Assembly: GCF_009931435.1 (NCBI RefSeq)
Contig: NZ_CP043414.1
Length of the DNA: 64,000 bases
Strand: one strand, 5' to 3'
Source: Escherichia coli
GTDB taxonomy: Bacteria; Pseudomonadota; Gammaproteobacteria; Enterobacterales; Enterobacteriaceae
Every line of letters starts with the position of its first letter. Within the stretch, counting starts at the first letter, position 1. Positions 18,505-31,987 of the stretch are shown here, one piece after another. The notes beneath the pieces are model-generated. The model was given only the letters and a program-made list of their open reading frames with translations. It searched no databases and had not been told where the DNA came from. The translations under genes were made by a program, and so were the position numbers.

Positions 18505-19536
18505 ATGCAAGTGAAAACACAGTCCTGCGTTGTTGCGGGCAAGAAAACTGTTGCCGTTACCGAGCAGACGATAGATTGGAATAATAATGGAACATTAGTA
18601 CAAATAACCCGAGGTGGAATTTGCGGTTCCGATTTACATTATTATCAGGAAGGAAAAGTAGGTAATTTCATGATAAAGGCACCGATGGTGTTAGGTCATG
18701 AAGTTATCGGTAAAGTTATTCATAGCGACTCATCAGAATTACATGAAGGGCAAACGGTAGCCATTAATCCGTCTAAACCTTGCGGTCACTGCAAATACTG
18801 CATTGAACATAACGAGAATCAGTGTACAGAGATGCGTTTTTTTGGCAGTGCCATGTATTTCCCTCATGTTGATGGTGGCTTTACCCGTTATAAAATGGTC
18901 GAAACGTCGCAATGTGTCCCTTATCCGGCCAAAGCTGACGAAAAGGTTATGGCTTTTGCCGAACCTTTAGCCGTCGCGATTCATGCCGCACATCAGGCCG
19001 GCGAGTTACAGGGCAAGCGAGTATTTATTTCCGGTGTTGGGCCCATTGGCTGCCTGATTGTCAGTGCTGTGAAAACACTGGGGGCCTCGGAAATTGTCTG
19101 TGCCGATGTGAGTCCCCGTTCCCTTTTGCTGGCCAAAGAGATGGGGGCGGATGTGCTCGTAAACCCACAAAACGACGACATGGATCACTGGAAAGCGGAA
19201 AAAGGCTATTTCGATGTCAGCTTTGAAGTGTCCGGTCATCCTTCATCAGTGAATACCTGTCTGGAGGTCACTCGTGCACGCGGCGTAATGGTGCAGGTAG
19301 GTATGGGAGGCGCGATGGCAGAATTCCCAATGATGACGTTGATTGGTAAGGAGATTTCACTCAAAGGCTCTTTCCGTTTTACCAGCGAATTTAATACCGC
19401 AGTGTCATGGCTGGCGAATGGCGTTATCAATCCACTGCCTTTACTGAGTGCTGAATATCCCTTCACTGACCTGGAAGAGGCGCTACGTTTCGCCGGTGAT
19501 AAAACCCAGGCAGCAAAAGTCCAGCTTGTTTTCTAA
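18505..19536 (+). CDS. idnD: L-idonate 5-dehydrogenase
   Basis: Zinc-ADH motifs (GHEVIG, CGHCKYC); synteny. Confidence 0.9.
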   Translation: MQVKTQSCVVAGKKTVAVTEQTIDWNNNGTLVQITRGGICGSDLHYYQEGKVGNFMIKAPMVLGHEVIGKVIHSDSSELHEGQTVAINPSKPCGHCKYCIEHNENQCTEMRFFGSAMYFPHVDGGFTRYKMVETSQCVPYPAKADEKVMAFAEPLAVAIHAAHQAGELQGKRVFISGVGPIGCLIVSAVKTLGASEIVCADVSPRSLLLAKEMGADVLVNPQNDDMDHWKAEKGYFDVSFEVSGHPSSVNTCLEVTRARGVMVQVGMGGAMAEFPMMTLIGKEISLKGSFRFTSEFNTAVSWLANGVINPLPLLSAEYPFTDLEEALRFAGDKTQAAKVQLVF

Positions 19537-19559
19537 GAGATAAATAAAGGAATAATACA

Positions 19560-20324
19560 ATGAACGATCTATTTTCACTGGCAGGAAAAAATATCTTGAT
19601 TACCGGTTCAGCACAGGGCATTGGCTTTTTACTGGCAACCGGCCTGGGTAAATATGGCGCACAAATAATTATTAATGATATTACTGCCGAACGCGCAGAA
19701 CTTGCTGTAAAAAAACTCCACCAGGAGGGTATTCAGGCCGTTGCCGCACCTTTTAATGTTACTCATAAACATGAAATTGATGCCGCCGTTGAACATATCG
19801 AAAAGGACATCGGCCCCATTGATGTGCTGGTGAATAACGCCGGTATCCAGCGCCGTCATCCTTTTACTGAGTTCCCTGAACAAGAGTGGAATGATGTGAT
19901 CGCAGTAAACCAGACCGCCGTGTTCCTGGTGTCGCAAGCGGTAACTCGTCACATGGTTGAACGCAAGGCAGGTAAAGTTATTAATATTTGCTCGATGCAA
20001 AGCGAACTGGGACGTGACACCATCACCCCTTATGCCGCATCGAAAGGGGCGGTAAAAATGCTCACCCGCGGCATGTGCGTCGAGCTGGCGCGCCACAATA
20101 TTCAGGTCAACGGTATTGCGCCGGGCTATTTCAAAACAGAAATGACTAAAGCACTGGTTGAGGACGAAGCCTTCACCGCCTGGTTGTGCAAACGGACCCC
20201 CGCCGCACGCTGGGGAGATCCGCAGGAACTGATTGGTGCTGCGGTGTTCCTTTCTTCAAAAGCCTCTGATTTCGTAAACGGCCACCTGTTGTTTGTTGAT
20301 GGCGGCATGTTAGTGGCTGTTTAA
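19560..20324 (+). CDS. idnO: 5-keto-D-gluconate 5-reductase (SDR family)
   Basis: SDR motif TGSAQGIG, YAASKGA; synteny. Confidence 0.9.
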   Translation: MNDLFSLAGKNILITGSAQGIGFLLATGLGKYGAQIIINDITAERAELAVKKLHQEGIQAVAAPFNVTHKHEIDAAVEHIEKDIGPIDVLVNNAGIQRRHPFTEFPEQEWNDVIAVNQTAVFLVSQAVTRHMVERKAGKVINICSMQSELGRDTITPYAASKGAVKMLTRGMCVELARHNIQVNGIAPGYFKTEMTKALVEDEAFTAWLCKRTPAARWGDPQELIGAAVFLSSKASDFVNGHLLFVDGGMLVAV

Positions 20325-20388
20325 CACCTACTACCCTACGTGCAGCGCGAAAGCGCTGCTTTTCTGGCACTAATAAGAGATAAAGACT

Positions 20389-21708
20389 ATGCCATTAATC
20401 ATTATTGCGGCAGGCGTCGCGCTGCTTCTTATCCTGATGATCGGCTTTAAAGTTAACGGCTTTATTGCCCTCGTTCTGGTAGCTGCCGTCGTCGGATTTG
20501 CCGAAGGGATGGATGCACAGGCCGTCCTGCACTCTATACAAAATGGTATCGGCAGCACGCTCGGCGGGCTGGCAATGATCCTCGGTTTCGGGGCCATGTT
20601 AGGCAAGCTGATTTCTGATACGGGTGCGGCACAACGTATCGCCACTACGCTGATTGCTACTTTTGGTAAAAAACGCGTGCAATGGGCGCTAGTGATCACC
20701 GGTCTGGTTGTGGGCCTCGCCATGTTTTTTGAAGTGGGTTTTGTCCTGCTGTTGCCGTTGGTATTTACCATCGTAGCATCATCAGGATTACCCCTGTTGT
20801 ATGTTGGCGTACCAATGGTAGCAGCGCTCTCTGTAACCCACTGTTTTCTGCCGCCACATCCAGGGCCTACTGCCATCGCGACTATCTTTGAGGCTAATCT
20901 CGGAACGACTTTACTGTATGGATTTATCATTACCATTCCGACAGTTATTGTCGCAGGACCGCTGTTTTCTAAACTGCTAACTCGCTTTGAGAAAGCACCA
21001 CCGGAAGGCTTATTTAATCCTCATCTGTTTAGCGAAGAGGAGATGCCCTCCTTCTGGAACAGTATTTTCGCTGCCGTGATCCCGGTCATCCTGATGGCTA
21101 TCGCCGCCGTTTGTGAAATTACGTTACCGAAAACTAACACCGCGCGCCTCTTCTTTGAATTTGTCGGTAACCCTGCCGTTGCGCTGTTTATTGCCATTGT
21201 TATTGCGATTTTCACACTGGGCCGACGTAATGGACGCACCATCGAGCAAATCATGGATATCATTGGGGATTCTATAGGCGCTATCGCGATGATTGTGTTT
21301 ATTATCGCTGGCGGCGGCGCGTTTAAGCAGGTATTAGTAGATAGCGGTGTCGGGCAGTATATTTCACACTTAATGACCGGAACTACACTTTCGCCGTTAT
21401 TGATGTGCTGGACTGTTGCGGCGCTGTTGCGTATCGCTCTGGGCTCTGCCACCGTCGCGGCCATTACCACCGCGGGTGTGGTGTTGCCGATTATCAACGT
21501 TACCCATGCCGATCCCGCTTTAATGGTACTGGCAACCGGTGCGGGCAGCGTGATCGCGTCACACGTAAACGACCCTGGCTTCTGGCTATTTAAAGGGTAT
21601 TTTAATCTGACGGTTGGTGAAACGTTGCGTGCCTGGACGGTGATGGAAACCCTTATTTCTATTATGGGTTTGCTGGGCGTGTTAGCCATTAACGCCGTAT
21701 TGCACTGA
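20389..21708 (+). CDS. idnT: Gluconate/idonate transporter (GntP family)
   Basis: Polytopic membrane protein of 439 aa; synteny. Confidence 0.9.
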   Translation: MPLIIIAAGVALLLILMIGFKVNGFIALVLVAAVVGFAEGMDAQAVLHSIQNGIGSTLGGLAMILGFGAMLGKLISDTGAAQRIATTLIATFGKKRVQWALVITGLVVGLAMFFEVGFVLLLPLVFTIVASSGLPLLYVGVPMVAALSVTHCFLPPHPGPTAIATIFEANLGTTLLYGFIITIPTVIVAGPLFSKLLTRFEKAPPEGLFNPHLFSEEEMPSFWNSIFAAVIPVILMAIAAVCEITLPKTNTARLFFEFVGNPAVALFIAIVIAIFTLGRRNGRTIEQIMDIIGDSIGAIAMIVFIIAGGGAFKQVLVDSGVGQYISHLMTGTTLSPLLMCWTVAALLRIALGSATVAAITTAGVVLPIINVTHADPALMVLATGAGSVIASHVNDPGFWLFKGYFNLTVGETLRAWTVMETLISIMGLLGVLAINAVLH

Positions 21709-21774
21709 AAGAATAAAATATTGTGATGTAGTTTCGGGGGAAGATTGAAGATTCCCCCGACGTTGGGAGAAGTT

Positions 21775-22773
21775 ATGCGCAATCACAGAATTTCTTTACA
21801 GGATATCGCTACGCTGGCTGGCGTAACAAAAATGACCGTGAGTCGTTATATCCGCTCGCCGAAAAAGGTGGCAAAGGAAACAGGCGAGCGCATCGCCAAA
21901 ATTATGGAAGAGATCAATTATATCCCTAATCGCGCTCCCGGCATGTTGTTGAATGCACAAAGTTATACCCTCGGTATCTTGATTCCGTCATTTCAAAATC
22001 AACTCTTCGCTGACATTCTCGCGGGAATAGAATCCGTCACCTCTGAGCATAATTATCAGACCCTTATTGCTAATTACAATTACGATCGCGATTCCGAAGA
22101 AGAGTCGGTGATTAACCTGCTCTCTTATAACATTGACGGGATTATTCTTTCGGAAAAATATCACACCATCAGGACGGTGAAATTTCTGCGTTCAGCCACC
22201 ATTCCGGTCGTGGAATTGATGGATGTACAGGGAGAACGGCTGGATATGGAGGTCGGTTTTGATAATCGGCAGGCCGCTTTTGACATGGTGTGTACCATGC
22301 TGGATAAGCGAGTCAGGCGCAAAATTCTGTATCTCGGTTCCAAAGATGACACCCGCGATGAACAGCGTTATCAGGGGTATTGCGATGCGATGATGCTGCA
22401 TAATCTTTCCCCGTTACGCATGAATCCACGCGCCATCTCATCCATTCATTTAGGAATGCAATTAATGCGTGATGCCCTTAGCGCAACCCCGGATTTAGAC
22501 GGTGTATTTTGCACCAATGACGATATTGCGATGGGTGCGCTTCTGCTGTGCCGCGAGCGAAACCTCGCCGTGCCAGAACAAATTTCCATTGCGGGTTTTC
22601 ATGGGCTGGAGATTGGCAGGCAAATGATCCCAAGCCTCGCCAGCGTAATTACTCCCCGTTTTGATATTGGTCGGATGGCCGCCCAAATGTTGCTGAGCAA
22701 AATTAAAAATAACGATCACAACCACAACACTGTTGACCTCGGGTATCAGATTTATCACGGTAACACGCTTTAG
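21775..22773 (+). CDS. idnR: LacI-family transcriptional regulator of the idn operon
   Basis: N-terminal [24 protein letters not shown]; start placed at MRNHRIS internal Met. Confidence 0.85.
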   Translation: MRNHRISLQDIATLAGVTKMTVSRYIRSPKKVAKETGERIAKIMEEINYIPNRAPGMLLNAQSYTLGILIPSFQNQLFADILAGIESVTSEHNYQTLIANYNYDRDSEEESVINLLSYNIDGIILSEKYHTIRTVKFLRSATIPVVELMDVQGERLDMEVGFDNRQAAFDMVCTMLDKRVRRKILYLGSKDDTRDEQRYQGYCDAMMLHNLSPLRMNPRAISSIHLGMQLMRDALSATPDLDGVFCTNDDIAMGALLLCRERNLAVPEQISIAGFHGLEIGRQMIPSLASVITPRFDIGRMAAQMLLSKIKNNDHNHNTVDLGYQIYHGNTL

Positions 22774-22850
22774 GTTATTTTCTCTTCATTACACGTATTC
22801 TCTTTGCCGGACGTTGCCTATACTCCAGGCAGGAAACTGGAGGATATCTC

Positions 22851-24353
22851 ATGAGCGAACCCCTGTTAATTGCCCGCACGCCGGACACAGAACTGTTTTT
22901 ACTGCCGGGAATGGCTAACCGTCACGGGCTGATTACTGGCGCAACGGGGACGGGTAAAACCGTTACGCTGCAAAAACTGGCAGAGTCATTGTCGGAAATC
23001 GGTGTTCCGGTGTTTATGGCCGATGTGAAAGGTGATTTAACGGGAGTAGCGGAGGAAGGTACATCTTCGGAAAAACTGCTCGCAAGGCTTAAAAATATCG
23101 GCGTCAATGACTGGCAACCACATGCTAATCCGGTGGTGGTGTGGGATATCTTTGGCGAGAAAGGCCATCCGGTGCGGGCGACGGTTTCAGACCTGGGGCC
23201 GCTGTTGCTGGCGCGACTGTTGAATCTCAACGATGTGCAATCTGGCGTGCTGAATATTATCTTCCGCATTGCTGACGATCAGGGGCTGTTGCTGCTCGAC
23301 TTTAAAGATTTGCGGGCGATTACCCAGTACATCGGCGATAACGCCAAATCCTTCCAGAATCAGTACGGTAATATCAGTAGCGCATCGGTTGGTGCCATCC
23401 AGCGCGGGCTGTTATCGCTGGAACAGCAAGGCGCAGCACACTTCTTTGGTGAGCCGATGCTGGATATCAAAGACTGGATGCGTAGCGATACCAACGGTAA
23501 AGGCGTTATCAATATCCTCAGCGCCGAGAAGCTTTATCAGATGCCGAAACTGTACTCCGCCAGCCTGCTGTGGATGCTTTCAGAGTTATATGAACAATTG
23601 CCTGAAGCGGGCGATCTGGAGAAACCAAAACTGGTGTTTTTCTTCGACGAAGCACATCTGCTGTTTAACGATGCACCGCAGGTACTGCTGGATAAGATTG
23701 AGCAGGTGATAAGGCTTATTCGCTCAAAAGGCGTGGGCGTCTGGTTCGTTTCGCAAAACCCGTCAGATATTCCGGATAATGTGCTCGGGCAGCTCGGTAA
23801 TCGCGTTCAACACGCTTTGCGGGCTTTTACGCCCAAAGATCAGAAAGCAGTAAAAGCTGCGGCGCAAACCATGCGGGCCAATCCGGCGTTTGATACCGAA
23901 AAGGCGATTCAGGAACTGGGGACCGGCGAGGCGTTAATCTCGTTTCTCGATGCGAAAGGAAGCCCTTCAGTGGTGGAACGGGCGATGGTGATTGCCCCCT
24001 GTTCACGAATGGGGCCGGTGACGGAAGATGAGCGTAACGGCCTGATTAATCACTCCCCGGTGTATGGCAAGTACGAGGATGACGTGGACCGGGAATCCGC
24101 CTATGAAATGTTGCAAAAAGGCTTTCAGGCCAGTACCGAGCAGCAAAATAATCCTCCCGCGAAAGGGAAAGAGGTGGCGGTGGATGACGGTATTCTTGGT
24201 GGATTGAAGGATATTTTGTTTGGCACTACCGGACCACGCGGCGGGAAGAAAGATGGTGTGGTGCAAACAATGGCGAAAAGCGCCGCCCGCCAGGTGACGA
24301 ATCAGATTGTGCGTGGTGTGCTGGGGAGTTTGCTGGGGGGGAGAAGAAGGTAA
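22851..24353 (+). CDS. yjgR: P-loop ATPase of unknown function (DUF853 family)
   Basis: Walker A GATGTGKT; 500 aa; synteny. Confidence 0.85.
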   Translation: MSEPLLIARTPDTELFLLPGMANRHGLITGATGTGKTVTLQKLAESLSEIGVPVFMADVKGDLTGVAEEGTSSEKLLARLKNIGVNDWQPHANPVVVWDIFGEKGHPVRATVSDLGPLLLARLLNLNDVQSGVLNIIFRIADDQGLLLLDFKDLRAITQYIGDNAKSFQNQYGNISSASVGAIQRGLLSLEQQGAAHFFGEPMLDIKDWMRSDTNGKGVINILSAEKLYQMPKLYSASLLWMLSELYEQLPEAGDLEKPKLVFFFDEAHLLFNDAPQVLLDKIEQVIRLIRSKGVGVWFVSQNPSDIPDNVLGQLGNRVQHALRAFTPKDQKAVKAAAQTMRANPAFDTEKAIQELGTGEALISFLDAKGSPSVVERAMVIAPCSRMGPVTEDERNGLINHSPVYGKYEDDVDRESAYEMLQKGFQASTEQQNNPPAKGKEVAVDDGILGGLKDILFGTTGPRGGKKDGVVQTMAKSAARQVTNQIVRGVLGSLLGGRRR

Positions 24354-24513
24354 GTCAGGTGCGATTTGTCTTTGCCTGATGCGACGCTGGCGCGCCTTAT
24401 CATGCCTACACTACTGCAATATATTGAATTTTCATGATTTTTCAGGCATGAACGAAGCACACTTTGCTAACAATAATAAAGGGAGCTTTCGCTCCCTTTA
24501 TTCGTTCATCAGG

Positions 24514-25599
24514 TTACGATTTTCTCATTAACAGCCACAGGCTGATTAAGAAGAAGCTGGCGCTTGGCAGCAACGCGCCGATAATCGGCGGGATGCCGTA
24601 AACCAACGTCAGCGGGCCGAAGATCTGGTCCAGTACGTAGAAGACAAAACCGAAGCTGATACCGGTGACCACACGCACGCCCATCGGTACGCTACGCAGT
24701 GGGCCAAAGATAAACGACAGCGCCATCAGCATCATCACCGCCACGGATAGCGGCTGGAAGATTTTGCTCCACATGTTGAGCTGATAACGTCCGGCATCCT
24801 GACCGCTCGACTTCAGATACTTCACATAGTTGTGCAAACCACTGATGGAGAGGGCATCCGGGTCCAGTGCCACCACGCCCAGTTTGTCCGGCGTGAGGTT
24901 GGTTTTCCAGGTACCGCTCACCGTCTGTGAACCAGTGATCTGTTTCGGATTGGTCAGATCAGATTCATCAACCTGCGACAGACGCCAGACTTTATGTTCC
25001 GGGTCAAACTTCGCGGTAGCGGCATAGCGTACAGATTGCAGACGACGATTCTCATTAAAGGCATAGATACTGATGCCACCTAACTCTTCGTCACCTTTAA
25101 CCCGCTCAATGTAGACGAAGTTGTTGCCATCTTTTGCCCATAAGCCTTGCTGGGTAGAGAGCAACGAGCCACCGTACATCGCCTGCGCACGGTAGTTACG
25201 CGCCATCTGCTCGCCCTGCGGTGCGACCCATTCGCCAATCGCCATCGTCAACAAGACCAGCGGAATGGCGGTTTTCATCACCGACAGCGCCACCTGCATA
25301 CGGGTAAAACCAGAAGCCTGCATGACCACCAGTTCGCTGCGCTGTGCCAGCATCCCCAACCCAAGTAATGCACCCAGCAGGGCCGCCATCGGGAAGAAGA
25401 TTTGCACATCTTTCGGCACGCTCAGCAAGGTATACATTCCTGCGCCTAACGCGTCGTAACTCCCCTGCCCGGCTTTTTTCAGCTGATCGACAAACTTGAT
25501 AATGCCCGACAGCGACACCAGCATGAACAGCGTCATCATGATGGTGGTGAAAATAGTTTTACCGATATAGCGGTCAAGTACGCCAAAAGGTTGCATCAC
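24514..25599 (-). CDS. lptG: LPS export ABC transporter permease LptG
   Basis: Membrane permease; 4-nt overlap with lptF; synteny. Confidence 0.9.
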   Translation of the reverse strand: MMQPFGVLDRYIGKTIFTTIMMTLFMLVSLSGIIKFVDQLKKAGQGSYDALGAGMYTLLSVPKDVQIFFPMAALLGALLGLGMLAQRSELVVMQASGFTRMQVALSVMKTAIPLVLLTMAIGEWVAPQGEQMARNYRAQAMYGGSLLSTQQGLWAKDGNNFVYIERVKGDEELGGISIYAFNENRRLQSVRYAATAKFDPEHKVWRLSQVDESDLTNPKQITGSQTVSGTWKTNLTPDKLGVVALDPDALSISGLHNYVKYLKSSGQDAGRYQLNMWSKIFQPLSVAVMMLMALSFIFGPLRSVPMGVRVVTGISFGFVFYVLDQIFGPLTLVYGIPPIIGALLPSASFFLISLWLLMRKS

Positions 25600-26696
25600 A
25601 CCGCTCCTTTACGCGAAAAACTGGCGCGCAGGCGGCGGACCGGCACGGTGTCCCAAAGGTTGAGAACAATCGCCAAAGCCAGATAAATCAGGTTTACGGT
25701 CCACATCCACAGCGTCGGGTCCAGCTTACCTTTACCGCCGTTCGATTTCAGGGAGGTCTGGATCAGGAAGAACAACAGATACAGCAGCATGGCTGGCAGC
25801 ATCGACAGTACGCGCCCCTGACGCGGGTTAACCACGCTCAGCGGAACGACCATAAGCGCCATCATAAACACGGTGAATACCAACGTGATACGCCAGTTCA
25901 GTTCTGCGCGGGCACGATCGGTGTCAGTGTTCCACAATGTGCGCATGTCCATCTGGTCGGTATCGTTCGGGTCGAGCGCCACCGCCTGGTGACCAATGAT
26001 CGCCTGATAATCCTGGAAGTCCGTAATGCGGAAATCGCGTAACAGTGCAGTGCCTTCGAAGCGCGTTCCCTGGTTGAGAGTGACGACCTGGGAGCCGTCG
26101 CGCAGCTGGGTTAAATGTCCGGAATCGGCCACCACCACAGAAGGACGTGCATTACCTTTTGGTCGAATTTGCGCGAGGAACACATCTTTGAAATCGCTGC
26201 CGTCAACGCTTTCGATGAACAGCACCGAGCTGCCATTAGTCGCTTGCTGGAATTGCCCTTGCGCCAGCGCCGCCATGCCAGGGTTCGCTTTCGCTTCTGC
26301 TAACACTTCATCCTGATGTCGCGATGACCACGGTCCCGCCCACATCACGTTAACCGCCGCGACGATTGCCGTGAATACCGCAAGGATCATTGCCGCTTTC
26401 ACCAGAACCGCTTTGCTCAAGCCGCAGGCATGCATTACCGTAATTTCACTTTCGGTATACAGTTTGCCCAGCGTCATCAGCAGCCCGAGGAACAGGCTTA
26501 ATGGCAGGATAAGCTGCGCCATTTCCGGCACGCCCAACCCGAGAAGGGAGAGCACCAGATTCGCCGGAATATCGCCGTCAACCGCTGCGCCGAGGATCCT
26601 CACTAACTTTTGACAGAAGAAGATCAAAAGCAAGATGAAGAGTATCGCCAGCTGGCTTTTGAGCGTCTCCCGCACCAGATATCTTATGATTATCAC
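25596..26696 (-). CDS. lptF: LPS export ABC transporter permease LptF
   Basis: Membrane permease; synteny with pepA divergent. Confidence 0.9.
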   Translation of the reverse strand: MIIIRYLVRETLKSQLAILFILLLIFFCQKLVRILGAAVDGDIPANLVLSLLGLGVPEMAQLILPLSLFLGLLMTLGKLYTESEITVMHACGLSKAVLVKAAMILAVFTAIVAAVNVMWAGPWSSRHQDEVLAEAKANPGMAALAQGQFQQATNGSSVLFIESVDGSDFKDVFLAQIRPKGNARPSVVVADSGHLTQLRDGSQVVTLNQGTRFEGTALLRDFRITDFQDYQAIIGHQAVALDPNDTDQMDMRTLWNTDTDRARAELNWRITLVFTVFMMALMVVPLSVVNPRQGRVLSMLPAMLLYLLFFLIQTSLKSNGGKGKLDPTLWMWTVNLIYLALAIVLNLWDTVPVRRLRASFSRKGAV

Positions 26697-26959
26697 TTTA
26701 AATACGCCCGTAAAAACTCGTCTTTTGCAGGATTTTAGCTTGTTTCATGGCTTAAACGTCATTTATTCTCTTGAGTCGTCGAAATCGTCGCTAAGATAAT
26801 TATACTCAACGGATTCACCTCTCAGATTTTGTTCTGACGTGCCAATGCCGTAATAACGTTAAGATTAACACGAAGTCATCGCAACAGCGGACATGAGTTA
26901 CGAAAGCTTGCAATTCTATCTGTAGCCACCGCCGTTGTCTTTAAGATTCAGGAGCGTAG

Positions 26960-28474
<1,515 letters not shown>

Positions 28475-28475
28475 T

Positions 28476-28595
28476 TGCATCAGGCTGTGTTGTTATTGTC
28501 GGATGCGGCGTGAATGCCTTATCCGACCTACACAGAGTACCGGACCCGTAGGCCTGATAAGACGCGACAGCGTCGCATCAGGCAATTCGGCGTTT
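28476..28595. repeat. REP/BIME-type repetitive extragenic palindromes between pepA and holC
   Basis: gccggatgcggcgtgaatgccttatccgacctaca and gtaggcctgataagacgcgacagcgtcgcatcaggc units. Confidence 0.6.
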
Positions 28596-28635
28596 ATCTG
28601 ATGTGTATTTAAATCCACCACAAGAAGCCCCATTT

Positions 28636-29079
28636 ATGAAAAACGCGACGTTCTATCTTCTGGACAATGACACCACCGTCGATGGCTTAAGCGCCGTTGA
28701 GCAACTGGTGTGTGAAATTGCCGCAGAACGTTGGCGCAGCGGTAAGCGCGTGCTCATCGCTTGTGAAGATGAAAAGCAGGCTTACCGACTGGATGAAGCC
28801 CTGTGGGCGCGTCCGGCAGAAAGCTTTGTTCCGCATAATTTAGCGGGAGAAGGACCGCGCGGCGGTGCGCCGGTGGAGATCGCCTGGCCACAAAAGCGTA
28901 GCAGCAGCCCGCGCGATATATTGATTAGTCTGCGAACAAGCTTTGCAGATTTTGCCACCGCTTTCACAGAAGTGGTAGACTTCGTTCCTTATGAAGATTC
29001 TCTGAAACAACTGGCGCGCGAACGCTATAAAGCCTACCGCGTGGCTGGTTTCAACCTGAATACGGCAACCTGGAAATAA
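28636..29079 (+). CDS. holC: DNA polymerase III chi subunit
   Basis: Starts MKNATFYLL; stop overlaps valS start (TAATG). Confidence 0.85.
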   Translation: MKNATFYLLDNDTTVDGLSAVEQLVCEIAAERWRSGKRVLIACEDEKQAYRLDEALWARPAESFVPHNLAGEGPRGGAPVEIAWPQKRSSSPRDILISLRTSFADFATAFTEVVDFVPYEDSLKQLARERYKAYRVAGFNLNTATWK

Positions 29080-31934
29080 TGGAAAAGACATACAACCCAC
29101 AAGATATCGAACAGCCGCTTTACGAGCACTGGGAAAAGCAGGGCTACTTTAAGCCTAATGGCGATGAAAGCCAGGAAAGTTTCTGCATCATGATCCCGCC
29201 GCCGAACGTCACCGGCAGTTTGCATATGGGTCACGCCTTCCAGCAAACCATCATGGATACCATGATCCGCTATCAGCGTATGCAGGGTAAAAATACCCTG
29301 TGGCAGGTCGGTACTGACCACGCCGGGATCGCTACCCAGATGGTAGTTGAGCGCAAGATTGCCGCAGAAGAAGGTAAAACCCGTCACGACTACGGCCGCG
29401 AAGCTTTCATCGACAAAATCTGGGAATGGAAAGCGGAATCCGGCGGCACCATTACCCGTCAGATGCGTCGTCTCGGTAACTCCGTCGACTGGGAGCGCGA
29501 ACGCTTCACGATGGACGAAGGCCTGTCCAATGCGGTGAAAGAAGTTTTCGTTCGTCTGTATAAAGAAGACCTGATTTACCGTGGTAAACGCCTGGTAAAC
29601 TGGGACCCGAAACTGCGTACCGCAATCTCTGACCTGGAAGTGGAAAACCGCGAATCGAAAGGTTCGATGTGGCACATCCGCTATCCGCTGGCTGACGGCG
29701 CGAAAACCGCAGACGGTAAAGATTATCTGGTGGTTGCGACTACCCGTCCGGAAACCCTGCTGGGCGATACCGGCGTGGCCGTTAACCCGGAAGATCCGCG
29801 TTACAAAGATCTGATTGGCAAATATGTCATTCTGCCGCTGGTTAACCGTCGTATTCCGATTGTTGGCGACGAACACGCCGATATGGAAAAAGGCACTGGC
29901 TGCGTGAAGATCACCCCGGCGCACGACTTTAACGACTATGAAGTCGGTAAACGTCACGCCCTGCCGATGATCAACATCCTGACCTTTGACGGTGATATCC
30001 GTGAAAGCGCCCAGGTGTTCGATACCAAAGGTAACGAATCTGACGTTTATTCCAGCGAAATCCCGGCAGAGTTCCAGAAACTCGAGCGTTTTGCTGCGCG
30101 TAAAGCGGTCGTTGCCGCGGTTGACGCACTCGGCCTGCTGGAAGAAATTAAACCGCACGACCTGACCGTTCCTTACGGCGACCGTGGCGGCGTGGTTATC
30201 GAACCGATGCTGACCGACCAGTGGTACGTACGTGCCGACGTGCTGGCGAAACCGGCGGTTGAAGCGGTTGAGAACGGCGACATTCAGTTCGTACCGAAGC
30301 AGTACGAAAACATGTACTTCTCCTGGATGCGCGATATTCAGGACTGGTGTATCTCTCGTCAGCTGTGGTGGGGTCACCGTATCCCGGCATGGTACGACGA
30401 CGCGGGTAACGTTTATGTTGGCCGCAACGAAGACGAAGTGCGTAAAGAAAATAACCTCGGTGCTGATGTTGCCCTGCGTCAGGACGAAGACGTTCTCGAC
30501 ACCTGGTTCTCCTCCGCACTGTGGACCTTCTCTACCCTTGGCTGGCCGGAAAACACCGACGCACTGCGCCAGTTCCACCCAACCAGCGTGATGGTATCTG
30601 GTTTCGACATCATCTTCTTCTGGATTGCCCGCATGATCATGATGACCATGCACTTCATCAAAGATGAAAATGGCAAACCGCAGGTGCCGTTCCACACCGT
30701 TTACATGACCGGCCTGATTCGTGATGACGAAGGCCAGAAGATGTCCAAATCCAAGGGTAACGTGATTGACCCGCTGGATATGGTTGACGGTATTTCGCTG
30801 CCGGAACTGCTGGAAAAACGTACCGGCAATATGATGCAGCCGCAGCTGGCGGACAAAATCCGTAAGCGCACCGAGAAGCAGTTCCCGAACGGCATTGAGC
30901 CGCACGGTACTGACGCGCTGCGCTTCACCCTGGCGGCGCTGGCTTCTACCGGTCGTGACATCAACTGGGATATGAAGCGTCTGGAAGGCTACCGTAACTT
31001 CTGTAACAAGCTGTGGAACGCCAGCCGCTTTGTGCTGATGAACACAGAAGGTCAGGATTGCGGCTTCAACGGCGGCGAAATGACGCTGTCGCTGGCGGAC
31101 CGCTGGATTCTGGCGGAGTTCAACCAGACTATCAAAGCGTACCGCGAAGCGCTGGACAGCTTCCGCTTCGATATCGCCGCCGGCATTCTGTATGAATTCA
31201 CCTGGAACCAGTTCTGTGACTGGTATCTGGAGCTGACCAAGCCGGTAATGAACGGTGGAACAGAAGCCGAACTGCGCGGTACTCGCCATACGCTGGTGAC
31301 TGTACTGGAAGGTCTGCTGCGCCTCGCGCATCCGATCATTCCGTTCATCACCGAAACCATCTGGCAGCGTGTGAAAGTACTTTGCGGAATCACTGCCGAC
31401 ACCATCATGCTGCAGCCGTTCCCGCAGTACGATGCGTCTCAGGTCGATGAAGCCGCACTGGCCGACACCGAGTGGCTGAAGCAGGCGATCGTTGCGGTAC
31501 GTAACATCCGTGCAGAAATGAACATCGCACCGGGTAAACCGCTGGAGCTGCTGCTGCGTGGTTGCAGCGCGGATGCAGAACGTCGCGTAAATGAAAACCG
31601 TGGCTTCCTGCAAACGCTGGCGCGTCTGGAAAGCATCACCGTGCTGCCTGCCGATGACAAAGGTCCGGTTTCTGTTACTAAGATCGTCGATGGTGCAGAA
31701 CTGCTGATCCCGATGGCAGGCCTCATTAACAAAGAAGATGAGCTGGCGCGTCTGGCAAAAGAAGTGGCGAAGATCGAAGGCGAAATTAGCCGTATCGAGA
31801 ACAAACTGGCGAATGAAGGCTTTGTAGCGCGCGCACCAGAAGCGGTCATCGCGAAAGAGCGTGAGAAGCTGGAAGGTTATGCGGAAGCGAAAGCGAAACT
31901 GATTGAACAGCAGGCTGTTATCGCCGCGCTGTAA
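29079..31934 (+). CDS. valS: Valyl-tRNA synthetase
   Basis: 951 aa; HIGH-type motif [14 protein letters not shown] and KMSKS. Confidence 0.95.
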   Translation: MEKTYNPQDIEQPLYEHWEKQGYFKPNGDESQESFCIMIPPPNVTGSLHMGHAFQQTIMDTMIRYQRMQGKNTLWQVGTDHAGIATQMVVERKIAAEEGKTRHDYGREAFIDKIWEWKAESGGTITRQMRRLGNSVDWERERFTMDEGLSNAVKEVFVRLYKEDLIYRGKRLVNWDPKLRTAISDLEVENRESKGSMWHIRYPLADGAKTADGKDYLVVATTRPETLLGDTGVAVNPEDPRYKDLIGKYVILPLVNRRIPIVGDEHADMEKGTGCVKITPAHDFNDYEVGKRHALPMINILTFDGDIRESAQVFDTKGNESDVYSSEIPAEFQKLERFAARKAVVAAVDALGLLEEIKPHDLTVPYGDRGGVVIEPMLTDQWYVRADVLAKPAVEAVENGDIQFVPKQYENMYFSWMRDIQDWCISRQLWWGHRIPAWYDDAGNVYVGRNEDEVRKENNLGADVALRQDEDVLDTWFSSALWTFSTLGWPENTDALRQFHPTSVMVSGFDIIFFWIARMIMMTMHFIKDENGKPQVPFHTVYMTGLIRDDEGQKMSKSKGNVIDPLDMVDGISLPELLEKRTGNMMQPQLADKIRKRTEKQFPNGIEPHGTDALRFTLAALASTGRDINWDMKRLEGYRNFCNKLWNASRFVLMNTEGQDCGFNGGEMTLSLADRWILAEFNQTIKAYREALDSFRFDIAAGILYEFTWNQFCDWYLELTKPVMNGGTEAELRGTRHTLVTVLEGLLRLAHPIIPFITETIWQRVKVLCGITADTIMLQPFPQYDASQVDEAALADTEWLKQAIVAVRNIRAEMNIAPGKPLELLLRGCSADAERRVNENRGFLQTLARLESITVLPADDKGPVSVTKIVDGAELLIPMAGLINKEDELARLAKEVAKIEGEISRIENKLANEGFVARAPEAVIAKEREKLEGYAEAKAKLIEQQAVIAAL

Positions 31935-31954
31935 TCAACACCGTGATGAAAACG

Positions 31955-31984
31955 AAGGCCGGAGCATGCTCCGGCCTTTTTTAT
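31955..31984 (+). terminator. Rho-independent terminator after valS
   Basis: GC-rich hairpin ggccggagc-at-gctccggcc followed by ttttttatc. Confidence 0.8.
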
Positions 31985-31987
31985 CTC

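Noticed and set aside
20370-21782. ORFs of 188 aa and 253 aa antisense to idnT
   Set aside because: They overlap the well-supported GntP-family transporter gene on the opposite strand; low-complexity translations.
29034-31613. 859-aa ORF antisense to valS
   Set aside because: It lies entirely within the opposite strand of the conserved valyl-tRNA synthetase gene; its protein is low-complexity and Arg/Val/Phe-rich, typical of an antisense frame of a GC-rich gene.
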